Source of the DNA: Blepharisma stoltei ATCC 30299
Lineage: Eukaryota > Protista > Ciliophora
Assembly: GCA_965603825.1 (NCBI GenBank)
Contig: CBFDEM010000053.1
Coordinates: 558,001-622,000, forward strand
Direction: 5' to 3'
DNA: 64,000 bases
Below the pieces are notes generated by a model. That model had not been told where the DNA came from. It made no database searches and was given only the letters and a program-made list of their open reading frames with translations. The translations under genes and the position numbers were made by a program. This document shows, piece by piece, positions 60,801 to 64,000 of the stretch. The first letter of the stretch is position 1. Each line of letters starts with the position of its first letter.

Positions 60801-63800
60801 TTTGTGGTTTCTCTAGGAAGCTGCTTTTGAATGTCAGGAGCACTAAAAATGTTTTCTAAATACATTCATTGTTTTTGGCAAGCAAGCCACTCGTCAATGA
60901 CATCTTGGACAGTTCGCAGCTTTTTGTCCCATTCCTCTATACTTGACCTGATTTCAGTTGCGTGTCGGTTGCCTAGCATAGTTTGGACAGAAACTTGGTG
61001 GTCTTCAAGCTGAGTTAAAATATCTTCTACCTGAGTGATATAGAACTTGTCTTTCTGTTCTCTATAGTTGTTAAGCGTAAAAAGAGTTTGCTCCCATTTA
61101 TCCTTGATTTCTTTTAATGTCGTTTCTAAGCTGAACTCTCCTGCTGCAGTCGAAGATATTTCTTCTACCTTATCTCTGATATCTAAAACTCCCCACTCCA
61201 GCAGTTCTGACAAGCAAAAAGGTCTTCCCTCTACATATTGTACATCTGCAGGCAAGGCGTCAAAAATCTTGGTCCAATGTCTAGCTTTAAGAGCTTCAAT
61301 GCTAAGCTCTTCTATTATCGGGACCATATTTGCTACTTTTTTGACTTTTCCATAAAGGTCTTCCAGTACTAAATCTTTGGCTTCTTTATTGGTCATCATA
61401 AGGTTTCCTTTCAAGCCTCCTACTTCTTTGTCAAATTTCGTGACAGTCCTTCTGATATCACTTTCTAAGCTTAAAAAGTCATCGTGCATTAGTTTTGAAT
61501 TGAACTCGTTCCAGTCTTTTCTCATAGTCCAGAGTTTTTGTTTGGTTTGGAACTTGTTCTGTACCTCTTCAAGTTCTTTAATTTTGGTAGATCCTGTCTG
61601 AAACACGTCTTGATAATGCTTGAATTTTTCTGCATTGGCTTCACATTTCTTTAATTTTTGCTCAATTTTTTTGAGCTCAAGTAAAGCTTCTGCAGGCGTC
61701 GCGTCTACCACAATAATAGCTCCTTCATCTAGCCGTTTAGAAAGCTCTTCAGTCAGCATCACTTTCATTTTTTCAATTCTATTCACAAGTTTTTTCTCCA
61801 TATCAGGCCTTTTTTGGTCTACAAATTCATTTCCTGCTTTAATCGCGACTTGGGCGTTTTTGCTTTTTCTGTCGACTTCTGCAATTTGTTGGGAGGTGTG
61901 GACGACTTCGGGGCCTTTTTCTCTTTTTAAGATTTTTTCGATTTCGTCGAGCTCATATTTGGAAGCTTCAATGTTTTTGATGATGACTTCGCTTTGGCGG
62001 AGGTATTCAAAGTAAGAGACAAATTGAGAGAGATTGGATGGGGTATCTTTTAAGCGGTCTTGGATGTCACCAAGAGTAGAAATTGATGAGGACGCTTTGT
62101 CGATAGCCATACTATTTAAGTAACTTTTTAAGTCTTCTTGAGCTTTAGTTAGAGAAGAATTTAAGTGCTGCTTGACTTTTTTCCCTTCTATTTGCAGAAT
62201 TCCTTTATAGCTGGTATTTGGGACATAATTGACGACATCTTTATTGGTCCACTCTTTAAGTTTATTTAATTCATCTTTAATTGCTTGAACAGTGTGCCCT
62301 TCTGACTTATAAATATCAAAATTCCAAGTCTCCACATAATCGTTTACATGTCGGGCCTTCTCAAAGGTGTTGTCCACATAAATTTTGGACTCTTCAAAAT
62401 CAGCTTGGATTTTTGCCATTATCAGATTTACATTTTCCAAAAAAATTTCTGAATTTTTTATTATTTCTTCTGCCTGTGGGAAATGAGTGATGTGCTCTGA
62501 TGCCACAATTTCGTCGAAATGATAGATTAGTCGTGTGATTCCGTTGATGTCGCTTATCATGTTTTCCACAATGCTTTCAAAAATTTCTTTGAATTCGTCT
62601 TTATTTGGGATAAAAATCATGCAGTCTTTGCCATAGCTGACTGTTGTGATGAAGATCTTGTTTTTTCTTTCTATTAAGGTGTCGAAGAACTTTTTGACCC
62701 TGTCTTGAATTAAGGTGACTAAGGTTTCTATTGTCATGTAGTCAATAAGTCTTATAAAATACCCTAGCATTCCTCGGTGTTCTTCAGCTAAGTTCAGCTT
62801 ATGCCTTCTTTCTTGTTCTTCTAATTTTTGCTGGACCATTGATTTTTTCTTATTTCTCTGCCCTAGCTTTGCTGGGTCCATATCTTCAAGATCAGGCAAA
62901 ATTGCGCTATCTCTGACAGCTTGACAGACAGTTTCGCACTCAGTGATCAATTTTTCAACTGTGGTCTCGAACTCTTTTTTCACTTCTGTTCTTTCGTCTC
63001 TTTGGTGGTCTGCATATGCCCCGATTTCTAGCGGTTTTGTGTCTTTAAACTCCAAAAGATGAGTATTCGTCATATTGTAAAGAAGCTCATTAACTTTAGG
63101 AAAACTTTCTACAAATACAGGCTTTGCGAAGAACATCCAGTGCTTTAGGTGGTTTCTCGTGGCGCGGTAGTGCCGATATCTTACGTTCCCTCTCCACAAA
63201 AGAAATATTTTCCCAATCAGATAGTGCTTGAAAAATTTCATGCTTGTTAAGAGGTTGAACATTTTACTTTGATGCATTCAATCTGCAAGTGAATAAAACG
63301 TAGTTGCTGAGCCATCACTGTTTTTAGGCATCACATGGACAACACCTTGAGCTGAAATGGTAAAATATTCAGCATGGATTTCTTTTTCAGGGACCACCAA
63401 CAAGTCATAAGGTCTAAAAGTTTTACTTATTTCTGAAGCTCGGTTGCAGTAGAGAAATTTAACTGGTGTTGTGTTGCCATTTTTCGCGAAAAACGAAATT
63501 GCATCTTCTCCTGTCCTGATTTTTTTAAGCTCTTTAAAAATATAACTTTCTCTATCTACAAATAGAGTTTCTTGTGCTCCTGAGGTCAGAGAAGTTCTGG
63601 ACTTTTTTGACTTGTTGAACAGTTTCTGCAGGGACTGGACATTGAATTCTTCTTCTTGGCCTTGCAAGTCTTCTTCTTCGCTTTCTTGGGAGGCCTCAGC
63701 TTGGATTGGTGGAAGCTTGGTCGATGTCAGCTGGGCTCCAGTAGGACGATTGCGAGTTTGTGCGAATGGAAGATCCCATTCTTCAAGTTCTTTTTTCAAG

Positions 63801-63958
63801 TCGATCTTGTATAAGGATTTGAATTGGCTTTTGGAATATGAATTTCCACCGCTCAAGCTGAGCACTGCTGTGGACGCAAGCTCGCTTTCTCTTCCTGCAA
63901 GTCTTGCTAATTTGCTGCGCGGCTGTTTCTCAGAGAATTGAACTAACCGATCATCCAT
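51893..63958 (-). CDS. Axonemal inner-arm dynein heavy chain, DNAH6-like (4021 aa)
   Basis: Four ORFs in one frame joined by TGA at 63278, 60866 and 55091. P-loops GPAGTGKT, GPASTGKT, GNTGVGKT and GVGGSGRQ; C-terminal LSTTGHSTNFV. Confidence 0.96.
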
Positions 63959-64000
63959 AGTTTATTATTATTACCATTAAGAAACTTCTCTTTCATTGGC

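Noticed and set aside
51893-63958. IESs, transposons or telomeric repeats
   Set aside because: No TA-bounded insertion interrupts any CDS, and no transposase or telomere tract was seen; consistent with somatic DNA.
18897-63958. Cluster of ciliary genes (POC1, MOK, SSNA1-like, dynein)
   Set aside because: They are dispersed among unrelated genes, as expected by chance in a ciliate.
1-64000. Many split ORFs that look like pseudogenes or selenoproteins
   Set aside because: The breaks are in-frame TGAs at Trp positions or 15-nt introns; none of these genes belongs to a selenoprotein family.
1-64000. Prokaryotic systems (CRISPR, operons, prophage) or Mycoplasma/mitochondrial origin for TGA=Trp
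   Set aside because: Content is nuclear eukaryotic (dynein, importin, spliceosomal introns); no repeat-spacer array was seen.

Overview
Gene-dense, AT-rich eukaryotic DNA, most consistent with the somatic (macronuclear) genome of a heterotrich ciliate such as Blepharisma (inferred, not database-checked). Three observations support this. (1) TGA encodes Trp: by hand I count about 45 in-frame TGAs, several at invariant Trp sites (CDK TL-W-YRAPE, dynein CQKQ-W-MYLE, TIP41 D-W-TFST), while every complete gene ends in TAA or TAG. (2) Five 15-nt GT..AG introns, each with A six nt from the 3' end. (3) Very short intergenic spacers and no IES-like interruptions, even in a 12-kb dynein CDS. The ORF track is therefore fragmented. 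Re-reading with TGA=Trp gives about 37 protein genes plus a tRNA-Gly(GCC). Most interesting: context- and gene-dependent use of UGA-Trp, a BAH-PHD-TFIIS-M fusion, a fungal-type GH18 chitinase, a Kelch phosphatase with substituted metal ligands, a tandem Venus-flytrap receptor and a frameshifted B-box/Kelch gene.
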